DNA of 63,733 nucleotides, the filler included, from Sluysia triapertura (taxonomy: Eukaryota), in assembly GCA_046118255.1 (NCBI GenBank). It is 5 parts of 5 records of this genome, joined end to end, with 100 filler letters (N's around TTAATTAATTAA, not from the genome) between each part and the next. Parts side by side here need not be neighbours in the genome. Positions count along the whole stretch, not along the records: positions 1 to 10,764 come from JBJNIA010193781.1; positions 10,865 to 26,768 come from JBJNIA010215475.1; 3 more parts are not named here. One strand, given 5' to 3'. The position numbers and the translations under genes are program-made. This document shows positions 1-12,280 of the stretch, in pieces. Each line of letters opens with the position of its first letter. Positions within the stretch are counted from its first letter, which is position 1. Below the pieces are notes generated by a model that saw only the letters and a program-made list of their open reading frames with translations, searched no databases and had not been told where the DNA came from.

Positions 1-609
1 CTGTTAATGCTTTTATAAAAGATTATTATGTATTAGTTTTATGTGCAATTTTTACTCAAAATGTGAAAATATAATTCAAGTTAAATTTAAGTAGTTTTTA
101 ACACGTTTACAGTTATAATAAAGAATGAGTCAATTTTTGAACTTACCTATTATTTATTCTATAATTATACATTAAAAACATAACTAAATGAAATTAAATA
201 TACTACAGATTATTTAAAACTACAATTGCTGATTAAAATTATGTTAAGTATCCATTTAATAAAATATATATTATTAAGGCCACCTACTGAAAAATTTGTA
301 AAAATTATTTTATTTTCATGATGTTTTTAATCGATTCTTTTTTTAAACCGTGTAATATCTAAATATTAATTTTTCGGTTCTTAGCACAGCACAACAATAA
401 AAGATTATATTTTTAGAAATATTTAAATTCCGAAAAGTTGTCTTTTAAAATAATAATTTTTTACTAATCATTTTCAATAATATAAATTCAAATGTATCCA
501 ATTCATATAAAATCTTGACACACCTTGTGTAGATTTTTAGTTGTAAAAATTATAAAAGTAAAATAGAATATATGTATGTCTTCAAAATAATTTAAATTAA
601 CTCTAATTT

Positions 610-670
610 AAAATTGTTAAATATTGTTAATATTGTTAAATTAACAATATTAACAATATTTAACAATTTT
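610..670. repeat. Perfect palindrome, 30-bp arms with a 1-nt spacer
   Basis: AAAATTGTTAAATATTGTTAATATTGTTAA-A-TTAACAATATTAACAATATTTAACAATTTT. Confidence 0.9.
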
Positions 671-1735
671 TTACATTTACATTATTTAAAATTTTAATTC
701 CTTAATTGTATAATTTTTTAACAATGAATAAAACATTATACATTTTAAACAATTCCTTAATTTATTAAACTTTTCTCTTCTTCGAGATATAAATTAAATT
801 TCAAGTGGTTTGGTATCCTTTACTATATCTCTAAATAATACTTCATACACCTTTGAAACAAAATATTCAATTCTTAAATAATTAAACACAAACTCAACGA
901 TTAAATTATATTAATGACACGTAAATGAGACAAATAATTATAATAAAATGAGGATATAATGATGTTTCTAGATTAACCTCTAGAATTTATCCAAATATTT
1001 TATAAAAGAGATTATGTCTGGTCTAAACCAAATTCAAGAGTTTAAGTCTGATTTTGTAATTTCTAACGGAATTAAATCTTATCAAGAAAAATCAGCCACA
1101 AATAAAAATGAATTTGATCAAATGTTACCAGAACCAAATTTAGGAATAACAGCAATCAACAAATAATTGGTTTACCAAATAATGGATCGCCTCACCAACA
1201 AAAGTGGTCGTATAATTACTAAATAACTTGATTGCCAATCAATAAATTGTTCAACCAACAAAATTGATCGTATAATTACCTCGAAAGCGATTGAATAATT
1301 ACAGCAATATTAACCGAATAATTACTAAATGAGGTAATAACTTGATTAGAAAATAATAGTAACCAAAGAAAGTAATCGAATAACTTGATTAACAAACAAT
1401 TCTCGTTAAATAAACAAACTAATTGATTAAGTATCAAACAATATTTTAACTCCTTGTAAGTTTCAATCGTCTAATCTTGTTATGGTTATAATTTCAATAG
1501 TGACTAGATTTTATATTATCAATAAGTATTTATTTTAGTAATGCTATTTATTCACTGCAAAATAATAAATATTTATTTTCAGAAATCCACCAAGTCAAAT
1601 GAGGTAAGTATTTTTATTAGTATGAAATGGATAATCATTTATTTTAGGAAAATATGACAAATCAGGTGAATGTTATTTATTTTCTTTATTATTATTATTT
1701 TTCATTCATTTTTCTTTTAGATAATTTCAGGTTAC

Positions 1736-1736
<1 letters not shown>

Positions 1737-1789
<53 letters not shown>
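1737..1789. repeat. (ATT)n microsatellite
   Basis: Pure trinucleotide run. Confidence 0.95.
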
Positions 1790-3079
1790 TACTATTTATT
1801 ATTGTTAGATGCATCCTGACAAATTTCACATAGCCTCAATATCATAAAATTACACAATTAAGATTATTAACTGCAATAAAAACTGCAATGTCTCCCAAAA
1901 TTAAATCAATATAATCAAATTAAAACGAAGTAATAACAGACAATGATCCCTCAGTAATGCAGGTGGACTCCAAAGTACATGATTGCGTTCATTTATATCA
2001 GTCGAAATACAATTTTTTGTTCACGATTCCAATAGTTTTGTGAAATTAGAAAGGAAATCAACTCGCTTAAGTTGTAATTTTTAATCACATTTATCTCTGA
2101 ATTCTATAATTAACTGATGCGGTTTTCTTTGTGAAGACAAATTCTTATTACTTACTGAAATTCGTTTGTGATCCAAGACATACAGTAAATGGTTTGTCCA
2201 CAGGATTTACAAAGTAATATTCTTAAAGAAATTGAGGTCGATTACAATTTCTCAAATGTACAATAAGGCATACCACTGTGATTATTTATTATTAGTGATT
2301 ATTCAAAACAATATACAATTATTATTCGAATTTTTTGATTATTATACAATTATTATTTGTTAATCGAAATTTGGAAAAATTATTAATTTTTAAAGTACGT
2401 TATTTTTTAAATTTTTAATATTAATTTTTATTTTTAATTAATTAACGTGACTATTGTAAAAAAGAAAAAATATTTCAATAAAAAACACTTTAAAAGAAAT
2501 ATTTTAATAATAATAGTTGGTTTTAATCTGACCTTTCAAAACACTATATAAGTAAGATAATATTTACAACCAACGCACAACAAAAAATATTCACAATACA
2601 ACTTGTTCAAAATAACTTGTTCACAATAACTTGGTTGCATAATTATTTGGACTGAAAAAAATTTTTTAATTGCTTGTTGAAGAAATTGTTTATTTAAATA
2701 GTCACGTTAGTTTAGTTGATTTTAAGGATAGATATTATTTTAATATCAATAGTAATATTTTGAAGTAAACTTCTTTAGAGGTCTGAAGTAAAATTCTTTT
2801 ATAACTTTTGAAACGCCATAACTAGTTTTATCTAGTTATTGTAAAAGCATTATTATATTTTTATTTTATTTTTAAACCTATTGTACATTGTTAATTAATA
2901 AATTATTTATTGCTCATATTACTTTTTGAACACAAAATTACTAAAATATCTGGAAAGCTTTCATACGCTAGATTTTAATTCTAGCAGGTAAAATCTTTTT
3001 AATCGATCCCATATAACGGGATTTACGAAAAATCATTGTTAGATATTTACATTTAATATTTAAATTAAATTAACCCAGA

Positions 3080-3262
3080 TGTAAGGCAGATTAGCATATA
3101 ACAGTTAACTATCCATTTTTGTACTTAAAGCAAATTAATTAAACTCCAGATTCAGAGCACTAGACAGTGCTAACACTTTAATAAGTTAAATATTTACTTT
3201 CACATTAAAATCCAACGGCTGGCCCTCGCTGGTAAGTCCAGTACGTTGGTGAACTCACGTTA
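3080..3262 (+). mobile_element. Possible LTR and degenerate tRNA-Trp-type PBS related to the 31.5-kb Gypsy remnant
   Basis: Starts TGTAAGG. Shares TAAAATCCAA..GTGA..TCACGTTA with 31547-31574. TGGTGAACTCACGT resembles the Trp PBS TGGTGACCCCGACGT. Confidence 0.35.
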
Positions 3263-3302
3263 AATATAAATTCTTTATTTCACTTTATTCTCACAAAAAC
3301 AA

Positions 3303-4600
3303 TTATAATACATGATTACAAAATAACGAAAATGGTATATGGATTGTGGGTATTGTACACTGCACGGTCGACCTGTTTTCAGGGCCACCCGCAGTCGTAC
3401 TTCCCATTATCCTAAATTGATATTTTCTGTGATGTATTATTGTAGATTCCGCGTACAAAAAATTTGGGTAAATAAACGTAATTTTTCTTGTCCAGTCTGA
3501 ACAAACTTTTCTTGGCGCATATTTAACGTTAAATTTTTGGTGTTTATCTCTAAACAATTGCTTATTAAAATTCTGGTTACGCAACTTAATCGGAAATATC
3601 AATTCCCTATCTTCAAAAAAGACATCAATTCTGTGCTCAGAATGTGGCTTCGAATTCGTGAACAACAGTTCATAACCTTTAATATTTGTACGGCATTCGA
3701 TTCATGATAATTTTCGTTCACTTTAACACTTTGATAATCGTAATTTACATTTGCATTAACGTTTACTTTAACTTTTAAATATTCATGGTGTACGTTACAT
3801 TTACTATTTAAATCGTTACAATTTACATTTACTTTAATTTTTAAATCATCATAATTAACGTTTGCTTTAAGATTTAATTCATCGCAATTTACATTCGTTT
3901 TAAGATTCACATCATCATTTAGGTAATCATGAATTAAGTTTGTTTTAACATCTAGATCTTTAAAATATACGTTAGCTTTAACCTTTACATCATCCTAATT
4001 TATTTTCGCCTTAAGAATTAGATCATCATAATTTAATCTTGTTTTAGCATTTAACTCATCGTACTTTACGTTTGCTTTAACTTGTCATGATTTACATTTG
4101 CTTTAACACTGAGTTCATCATAATCTACGTTTTTAACTTTTAGATAATCGTCTTTGTTAACATTGTAGTATCAAAAAACACTCGTTTGGATCTCCATTAA
4201 ATGTGTACAATTTAATTATTTGTCGAATTCGCGCTTCAACTCGATTTTCTCCTGTTAACAATTGCTCGAGGTCAATACCATCTATCATTTGATTAACTTT
4301 AATTTGATTTTCCTGAATTTGCTTTAACATCACGTTGAACCGTTGTAACACTTTATTATTATTGTTGACATTTCCTGTATAATTTGTAATGGAACTTAAA
4401 ATTAAGCCTTATGAATTTTAGAATTCTTAATTGTTACTTCCTAAGTATAAGCATTTAATCTTTTCACCACAATACCATAGACATCTTTATTTTGTGATTT
4501 AAATCGTACCATGACTATCTCGCCAAGATTAAAAGATTTATTAGCGTGTCTCCTTTTATCATAAATTAACTGATAATTCTGAGCGGTGGGACCAAATTTC
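3303..4600 (-). mobile_element. Decayed LTR-retrotransposon gag-like region (BEL/Pao-like) with a 33-bp coding tandem repeat
   Basis: PBS-like TGGTCCCACCGC near 4594-4583. Coiled-coil followed by IKLYTFNGDPNE (cf. gag LPTFDGDP). About a dozen degenerate NVNYDDLKLKA-type units at about 4135-3700. Confidence 0.45.
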
Positions 4601-4984
4601 GGATTTTTATTTTAATGGTTGAACTCATTGTTCATTTAACGATTATAAAATAGGATTAATTTCAAATTCTTTACTGCTGAAGACTATCAATACGGCTTAC
4701 TGTCACTCAGGAAAATAAATTATTCAAATACAAAATTAAAGTGCTCCAGTTTGCTTTGTTAATTTATATCAGAAATTGTAATCGCTATGTCAATCTGAAA
4801 CTTAAGAATAAACAGTTTTGCATCTTTGGTTGAGATTTTATCCCTACATGTCATGCCGTTATGATTCAATATTTTTGATGCCATGGGAATTTCATGATAT
4901 AGCCTATTTACATAGTCTTTAATTACGCTGCCAGTAATGAGGCACTACTAATGAGGCATCAATGCGCTATCTACAATATTTTCT

Positions 4985-5299
4985 TCAGAATTCATCAATC
5001 TTTTCTCTAACACTCGAATAGAAAATTTCTTTCGCTAGTGCTTTCTTTTTTTCTTGAACTACACATGCACTTTCAACTACTACTGCCGGAGCTGGAGAAG
5101 GACCAGCAGTAACATTCATTAATAATGATTTGGGATTGTTTTATAATAATATAGCTAACATTGTAGGCAAAAATGCAGGAACAAAATCTATTTTTGCTTA
5201 TCTCAAAATTACATTTAATTTTTTGGCAGTAACATCTAAACCTTCATCAATTAATATTAGAGATGCAAATGTGCAGAATTTTGATGCTAACTTTGACAT
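4985..5299 (-). pseudogene. RPLP1: 60S acidic ribosomal protein P1-like pseudogene, intronless
   Basis: MSKLASKFCTFASLILIDEGLDVTAKKLNVILR*AKIDFVPAFLPTMLAILL*NNPKSLLMNVTAGPSPAPA..QEKKK resembles P1 (ACIYSALILHDDEVTVTEDKI..SLICNVGAGGPAPAA). Two in-frame TAA stops (5198-5200, 5141-5143) and no DDDMGFGLFD tail. Confidence 0.8.
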
Positions 5300-5654
5300 T
5301 TTTAAAATGCTACTTTTCTAAATTATCCAATATTGAAACAAAAATTTTTATTTTAAAATGTAAACTAACTTAATTTATCAAAATCATACACACATTCTAT
5401 TAAATATTAACATGTTAGCACATATTTTTTACAAATTTGTCAGAAAAATAAATTTAATATACTAAAGAAGCTTAATTAACTTTAAATGAAACTGTTCTAC
5501 ACATTTACACATTATTAATACATTATCTGAGATAGGTACATGCACATCACAATCGATAGAAAACCGGAGCCGATAAAACAAAGTAATATTTTACATTTCA
5601 AAGATAAACAATGCCCGTGACGAGTTAATTAAGCATACTAAAAGTTTAACACCA

Positions 5655-6198
5655 TTAATTAAAACTATTGCACATAATTGCCAGGTTTTCTAGGATTATG
5701 TTATGTGGCTGAAGTCCGTAAGATATTTTGGCGGAATCATTTAACTGTTTCCCTCTAAGATACCATCTCTGTTTAATAACTGAAATGGTACTGTCTTCAG
5801 AAACTGGTAAATATTCAAACTTATCATTAGATAATTTAAATTTCACATAATCACGTTATGCCAAGGTATTTTTATGATCTTTTGAACTACCACTGTTAAA
5901 ACTTGCTTTTAATGATTCGAATTTTTTGCTTCGTGCGTTATTAAATTTGTTGGATCTGATAAAACAATATTTCTTATTCAACACCTGTTTCGTCATAACA
6001 TATATTTATTCTATCATTTGGACATGCAACATTTGATATAATCAAAATTGTTTCTGCGTTTAAAATAATCATTTTCTTGTATCAACTCTACGCAACGTTT
6101 TAATATAACCTATGTTTTTATGGCATTCATATAAAATTCGTTTCGCGTTTCAACAAGTTATTCTTTTGTAATAAGTTCATCACTTGTCCATTTATCAA
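5655..6198 (-). pseudogene. UBTD2: Ubiquitin domain-containing protein 1/2 (UBTD1/UBTD2) pseudogene
   Basis: N-terminal KWTSDELITKE*LVETRNEF..CYDETGVE*..LSDPTNLI and C-terminal ubiquitin-like KFKLSNDK..STISVIK..QRWYLRGKQLND follow UBTD motifs (WKSD..RDEFWD, CYDELG, PxN, QRWFFSG). Stops and frameshifts present. Confidence 0.78.
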
Positions 6199-8384
6199 TT
6201 TTTATTATACATAAAAATTAAATTTGTTACTTTACAATTGTGCCACAAAAATATACTAAAATAAATAAACTGATAAAAAGGAACGACGACAGTTGAATTG
6301 CATAATAACGAATATTCTTATAGTATTCGCATAAGTTCGAGTCAAATGTTATTATTGACAATAATTAAGATTTTAGCTTTACTTAAAAGTCTTATACTTA
6401 GTATTTTATAAGGTTATGTTTTGTTATCACGAGTATTAGACTTAAGATGATACTAAATATTGATGTTCCTTAAGTGTATTTTTAATTGACTGTAAGTTGA
6501 GGTTTGAGTATTTGCGGATGCATATCTAACTGATAAGATATAATCGTAGGTAATGGCAGAAACACCATGTTACATCATCAGAGGTCATTTCTGTTCCTAG
6601 TCCAACATGATACAAAATAAGTATTTTATATCGAATCTTTGAAATTAAACATCTTTAGTACAGAAAAAACGTTTACCTAATCAAAATAAATTTCACTACT
6701 ACTTTAAGTAATAAATAAGTTATTTTTATTACAGTAGGAAGTCATAGTTAACCCTTAGATTTTTGGGTTTGAAACTCTTAATACTGTAATTATGTTATAA
6801 ACACCTTCAAACAATAAATTACATTGCTAATGTCATTACTAAATTAGTGCACATTAGTAAGATTGCGAAGAGGAATATTGCAAAGCCTTCCATACATTAA
6901 AACATAATAGTCTAAAAAAGTAAGAAACAAGTAGCATAAAACACCAATGCATGGAATGCTTTTCCTTAATTTTGTAAAATATAATTACCCCACCACGTGT
7001 AGCACAAAAATTAATTTCATAAATGATTTTTCAGTTGCAAAATTAATAACCAATTTTACAATTACATCGACTTATTTTTATATAATTTCAGATATTTGGC
7101 AAAATAGAGCAGTTTTAGAATCTTATAAAATGGGTTTAACCTTTTTATTTAGTAACTTCTTATAAATATTTAGAGCAAAATGAAGCAAATTAAAACTTAC
7201 AGTACTATGATTAGTTCGCCAATTTTCAGTTGCAACTTTAATACCATTATCTAAAGAATGTACTTCTGCGACTGGACTCCGACATACAGATTCCAAATAA
7301 TACGGATGAGCTTTCGAAAAACACCAACGAAACTAAATTTATCAATAAAAACGAAGGAGTTATACTTGACTATAACAAATTAATTTTTGGTATGTTCTAA
7401 AGATATTCATAAAACACGTGATAATTAAAATTTAATCTTTAATATATAATAAATAAAATGTTATATTATTATAATATATTCAGCTTAATTTAAATATAAA
7501 TTATTTTATATTTTACATTTAAGCTTATTTTCCTAATTTTTTTTGTTTATATTTTTGCTTAAACAACTTAAACAATTATTTAGAGTAATTTTTCAACATA
7601 TAAACATACCTTACAATTTTTAATTTAAATCAAAATCTAATTTTTAAATATTTTGATACTAAACTTTACATAGAGATATAACTTTAAATATAACTTTAAT
7701 TTTGTATAAATGCGAGCTTGACAATAAATGAATAATGTAATTTTATTTTCAATTTAAAATACTATTTCTAAATTTAGCATAAATAAATATTTCGGTAGAA
7801 GCTTAATGTCCAGAAATTTTATTTGTTTTAGAAAATATTTAGTGTCAATTTGTAATGTCAATATTATACCAAGTCAAAATAAGATTCCGTCATGATACTT
7901 AAGGTTGTCAATTTACTGTCAAACTTTCAAGTATAAAAATTGAAATATAATAGCTCATGCCTATTCTGTATTTTTCTTCTTTCATAATACTTACGCAAAT
8001 TATAAAAATTAGTTAGGGTCCGCCTACAATATATGGTTTTAGTCTAACGCGACATATTCGTAAGTAACAATTATGAACTCGAAATTTTCGTAACCTTAAG
8101 AATTTTCTTCAAAGTTTTGTTGCTTAAAATTGTAAATTCTCATTTACCTATTTGTTACTGTGACAATCTGCATCTTTATTTATAGTATAAAACTATTTCT
8201 CGTCCCAAAATTAACTGTCGTAATAATTCTTTTAAAATTGCAACTTAACTATATAGATCAAACCTTTTCGTGGGTAAAAATTATGACTAACAAAACGTTT
8301 TCTTAAACTTTTCGATACTCTTTTCTAGATACTGTTGTATTTTTGTTTTGTTTACTAATAACTAAACTAAAAATCAAACAAAAC

Positions 8385-8422
8385 TGAATCTTGATTGGTC
8401 CCAGCGGCGGTGAAAGGGTTAA
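8385..8422. mobile_element. Solitary piggyBac-type terminus
   Basis: GC-rich TGGTCCCAGCGGCGGTGAAAGGG-TTAA (reverse complement TTAA-CCCTTT). No partner end found. Confidence 0.45.
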
Positions 8423-10912
8423 TTAAAATTTGTTAAATTTGATAAATCAATAAAAATATTTGCTCATTATAAAATGATATTGGATTTAGTTTATAATATT
8501 GAGTTTTATTTGTGTTTTTAATGATGAAGTTTTAAGAAGCACGTTAACGTAAATAACGTAAAATTAGTTATTTTAATTAATTTTTATGATTTTAAATTAA
8601 AATTTAATATGTTCCGATGTCTCAGTATTAATAAAGTATATATCAAATTAATGCTTATAGAGAAACCAATTCAAATATTTTATTGAACTTGACGTGCAAC
8701 ATACGATTGACGCACAACGTATTAAGGTGGAATATTCCTGTGAGAAATAAATTTATTATTTCATTAATATGATCGTTAAATTAAATTGACAAATTATATT
8801 ATTATCATCAAAGCAATGTAACAATTATTTTACATTTTAATTAGGCAATATTAAGAAGATAGGTGATTGTTTTCCACATATCCCATTATCTTTAGATAAT
8901 TGAAATGATAATGAAGTTGAACAAAGACGGAAACTGATGTCGACATTTAATCGGCGAAATTAGTCGGCTTATTGCCGACTGAAAGAAAATTGACAGCTTT
9001 AATTTCCGTCTTGTTCGATTTCTGATTTTTAATTTCACTAATTGCCATGAAACTGCTATATAAGCAGTTACCTTTCTACAATTAAACAGAAGCAAAGCCG
9101 ACATTAAGACGGAGTAAAGAAAAATCGAATTAACTTTTCAATTGTAGGGAAGCTGCGTTAATTCGTCTGTGGATATCGGAGACTCTAAAGTTATTTCATT
9201 AGTAAAATATTCCATTTTCTTTTTAGAACAAGGGTTAGTAATATTTTTCTTAGTGTTTATATTTTGCGTTTATTTGGGTGGGAAAATTTAAATAATTTGT
9301 GTCACACCTTGTTAATATTTGTTATATTGTTTTAAAGAATAATTTGTATTTTCATTGTTATAAAGAGTTATTTATATATCGAGATTTTGAATTATTTAGT
9401 TCTTGAATTTTAATTTAATAATTTGGAAAAATAAAAGTATTAAAAGACACAAAACATTTAGAAACTGTTAAAGTTAGAATAAAATAAGTTAAAATAAATA
9501 ATTAATTAAAATCTTAATTAACTTAATTAAGAAAAATTACGTTTATGTGAATAACTTTTGAATGAGGAATGCTATGTTAAAATTGAAATTTTGTATGTAT
9601 GTGTTTTAAAGAGAAATTCCGATAAAGATAATGTTTGACCGAGTCCATGCGAGGAAAGCCTCCATATTGAACAAAGTCTAATTTTAATTAATTTTTATTT
9701 AAAAATTCTGAAATTTTCATATTTAGAATGACGAAATGATGATATGAATTGATATGGAATGATTGATATGAAATAGGAGAATACGAGTAATGCGGTTGAA
9801 GTGTTCTTTTGGCTTTTAATACTTTTTTATTTTACGAATTATTAATCAAAATTCAATAATTAAACAAATTCAGAATCTCGATGTATTCTTTGAATTATAA
9901 CAAAATTACAACTGCAAAGTTACTATCTTAGCAAAATGTTTCTTCAGGTCGGTTTGACTAATTAGGTACGACTTAGATCAGAAAGAAGACGTCCTCATTA
10001 GATTTTCTGTTAAAAGAGTAAATTACTTTAATAGCTTAAGTGCGTTGTGTAAAAGAAAAACGGTCTTAAATTATTAAGTTTATTAATTATAACTATGTTG
10101 GTAGATTGAGTCAGCCTTAGTACGGTCTGACAAAAATATATAATATTTTAGGCGTTGAACTAGCCTTTTTACGGTCTGGTTAAATATGAATTATTTTAAA
10201 TAAGAATATCAAGAATCAACTTAAAAACTTTTATTAGTTATAATCAAACTAAGAATAAATTACAATGTAGAAAACAAATATAATATAGATAATTATTTTA
10301 TCAACTTAAGCTTAAGGCTTGGCTGAAGCAAAATTTCGATTTTAGTAAGATTTTGACCTAGCCGTTTACGGTCTCGGTTTAAAAAATTAAAAATGATTTT
10401 AAGTAATAAATTTAGTTATTCTATTTTATAAAATTAGAGCTTGATGTAAAAACTTATTTAAAAGAATATTACTTCTACATGGCAAATCTTGTTCCGAGTT
10501 AACGAATTCTAAATCCTGTCCTATATTAACGAATTATCCAACGATATTAGTATTTTTATTACTATTGCTCTGCTTATTTAGTTTAATTTTACTCCTTAAA
10601 AAATATTTTAAAATTTTTTTCATTAAAAGAAATTCTTTTAATCTTTTTACAATAAAAATAATATTTAAAATTGTTAATAGTAATTATAATTGTTAATAAT
10701 AATTATAATTGTTAATAATAAAATAATTGTCAATAATAATAAAATAATAAAAATATAAATATTGNNNNNNNNNNNNNNNNNNNNNNNNNNNNNNNNNNNN
10801 NNNNNNNNTTAATTAATTAANNNNNNNNNNNNNNNNNNNNNNNNNNNNNNNNNNNNNNNNNNNNCGTAGAATTATTAAAAGTCAGTGCTGTAATTGCGTC
10901 CTCTTCACGACA

Positions 10913-10915
<3 letters not shown>

Positions 10916-10972
<57 letters not shown>
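10916..10972. repeat. (AAT)n microsatellite
   Basis: Pure trinucleotide run. Confidence 0.95.
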
Positions 10973-10973
<1 letters not shown>

Positions 10974-12213
10974 CGTATTCATAATTGTTCGTAAAAAATA
11001 TAAATGCCAAAGATATTATTAGTATTTCTAAGTATTTTTATCTTCATCATTCGTGTTTCAATAATGTTTTGTTATTATTTTATAAAAATATTAACCTTTT
11101 AGATTGAGAATATTGGTTGGTCAGTTGACCAGTGTAGAGTTCTTGACAAAAATCACATTTTAGTACTTAAATTTAAATATTTGTCCGCTTTTGTAGTTTC
11201 CTTACTCCATTTATCTGACAAATGGACAATTTCAACAATAGTTAACACTTAAATCAAGATTTTCATCATGATATTGTCATATAACTTGATTTTATATAAA
11301 TTGATTATATAAATTGAATTTACAAGTTCACATTTTATTATCAATATTTTTAAGTTAATTGCGATACACAATTAAAGGAATAGTATTTTAAATCTTATTA
11401 TATAAACATAATAATTTAATACATTAATATGTAAATTACGTGGATGTGTACTATGTAACAACTGTCATAATTACATTCAATCGAATTACATTCAACTAAT
11501 TTTTAAAGGATAATAAATTTTAAGCTAAACAAAAACTTTTTTATTGAAAGTACCTGTACTTAATTAAACAATATTCTGAATGATTTTACTCATGATCAAA
11601 CCAATATTTTACATTGTTAAATTCTAATATAGTTAGTATTTCACTTCACATAATAGAATGTGCTTAAAATCATATAAAGTAAAGGTATAATAAGCTCATT
11701 ATAATCGTAAGGCATATTTCACATTTGCGTTAGAAATTTGTTTATAATTGTTATTTTATTTTTTTTCCTTTACATTTGCGATAATGTTTCAATAATTACT
11801 TTTGTATATGGAAATTTTGAATTTTTGTTTACATTACTTATAATGAAAAATAAAACTTGTAAAATAAGTAAAAAACTGTACTATATAAAATGAATTGTTT
11901 TCTACAAATGATTTATTGTGGTCTTGTTTTCGTTCTTTATTTATTTTGATTATATATTTATATCTTAATTTTCTTGTAACATTTAATTTTATTTTAAATT
12001 AGAATTTTTTATAGTAAAGCATGTATGAAATTTAATTTAATAATGCATTTAATATTAACAAGTTTTCTTTTGTCATATGATTCTTGAAGTTAAAATTAGT
12101 AACAATTTTTTAATGTAATTTTAAGTTTGTCAATTTTATATTTATTACAGCCAATTGTTAGCTAAGGCTTAAGGTGGAATGCTTTAATATTTTCATTGAA
12201 ATTTAGTAAAATT

Positions 12214-12280
12214 ATGTCTGGAAAATACTTAATTAATCCTTTACTTAATGATTCTTTAAATAATTTGGCTAAACGCCTTG
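12214..12280 (+). CDS. ASH1L: ASH1L coding exon 1 (MSGKYLINPLLNDSLNNLAKRL)
   Basis: ATG at 12214, donor GTAAGT at 12281, phase 1 joins exon 2 as Asp. An upstream acceptor (TTACAG, 12150) suggests a further 5' UTR exon. Confidence 0.7.

Noticed and set aside
3700-4135. 33-bp periodic array as a CRISPR-like locus
   Set aside because: The units are contiguous and degenerate with no unique spacers, the context is eukaryotic, and there are no cas genes.
4985-6198. In-frame TAA codons in RPLP1 and UBTD suggesting stop-codon reassignment
   Set aside because: ASH1L exons totalling more than 7 kb have no internal TAA/TAG/TGA and end in TAA, and UBTD also has frameshifts. Pseudogenisation explains the stops.
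10765-10863. N-run with an embedded TTAATTAATTAA (also at about 26769-26868, 39062-39161 and 50486-50585)
   Set aside because: An identical 12-mer with stops in all six frames, centred in a gap of about 100 bp, is a scaffolding linker and not biology.
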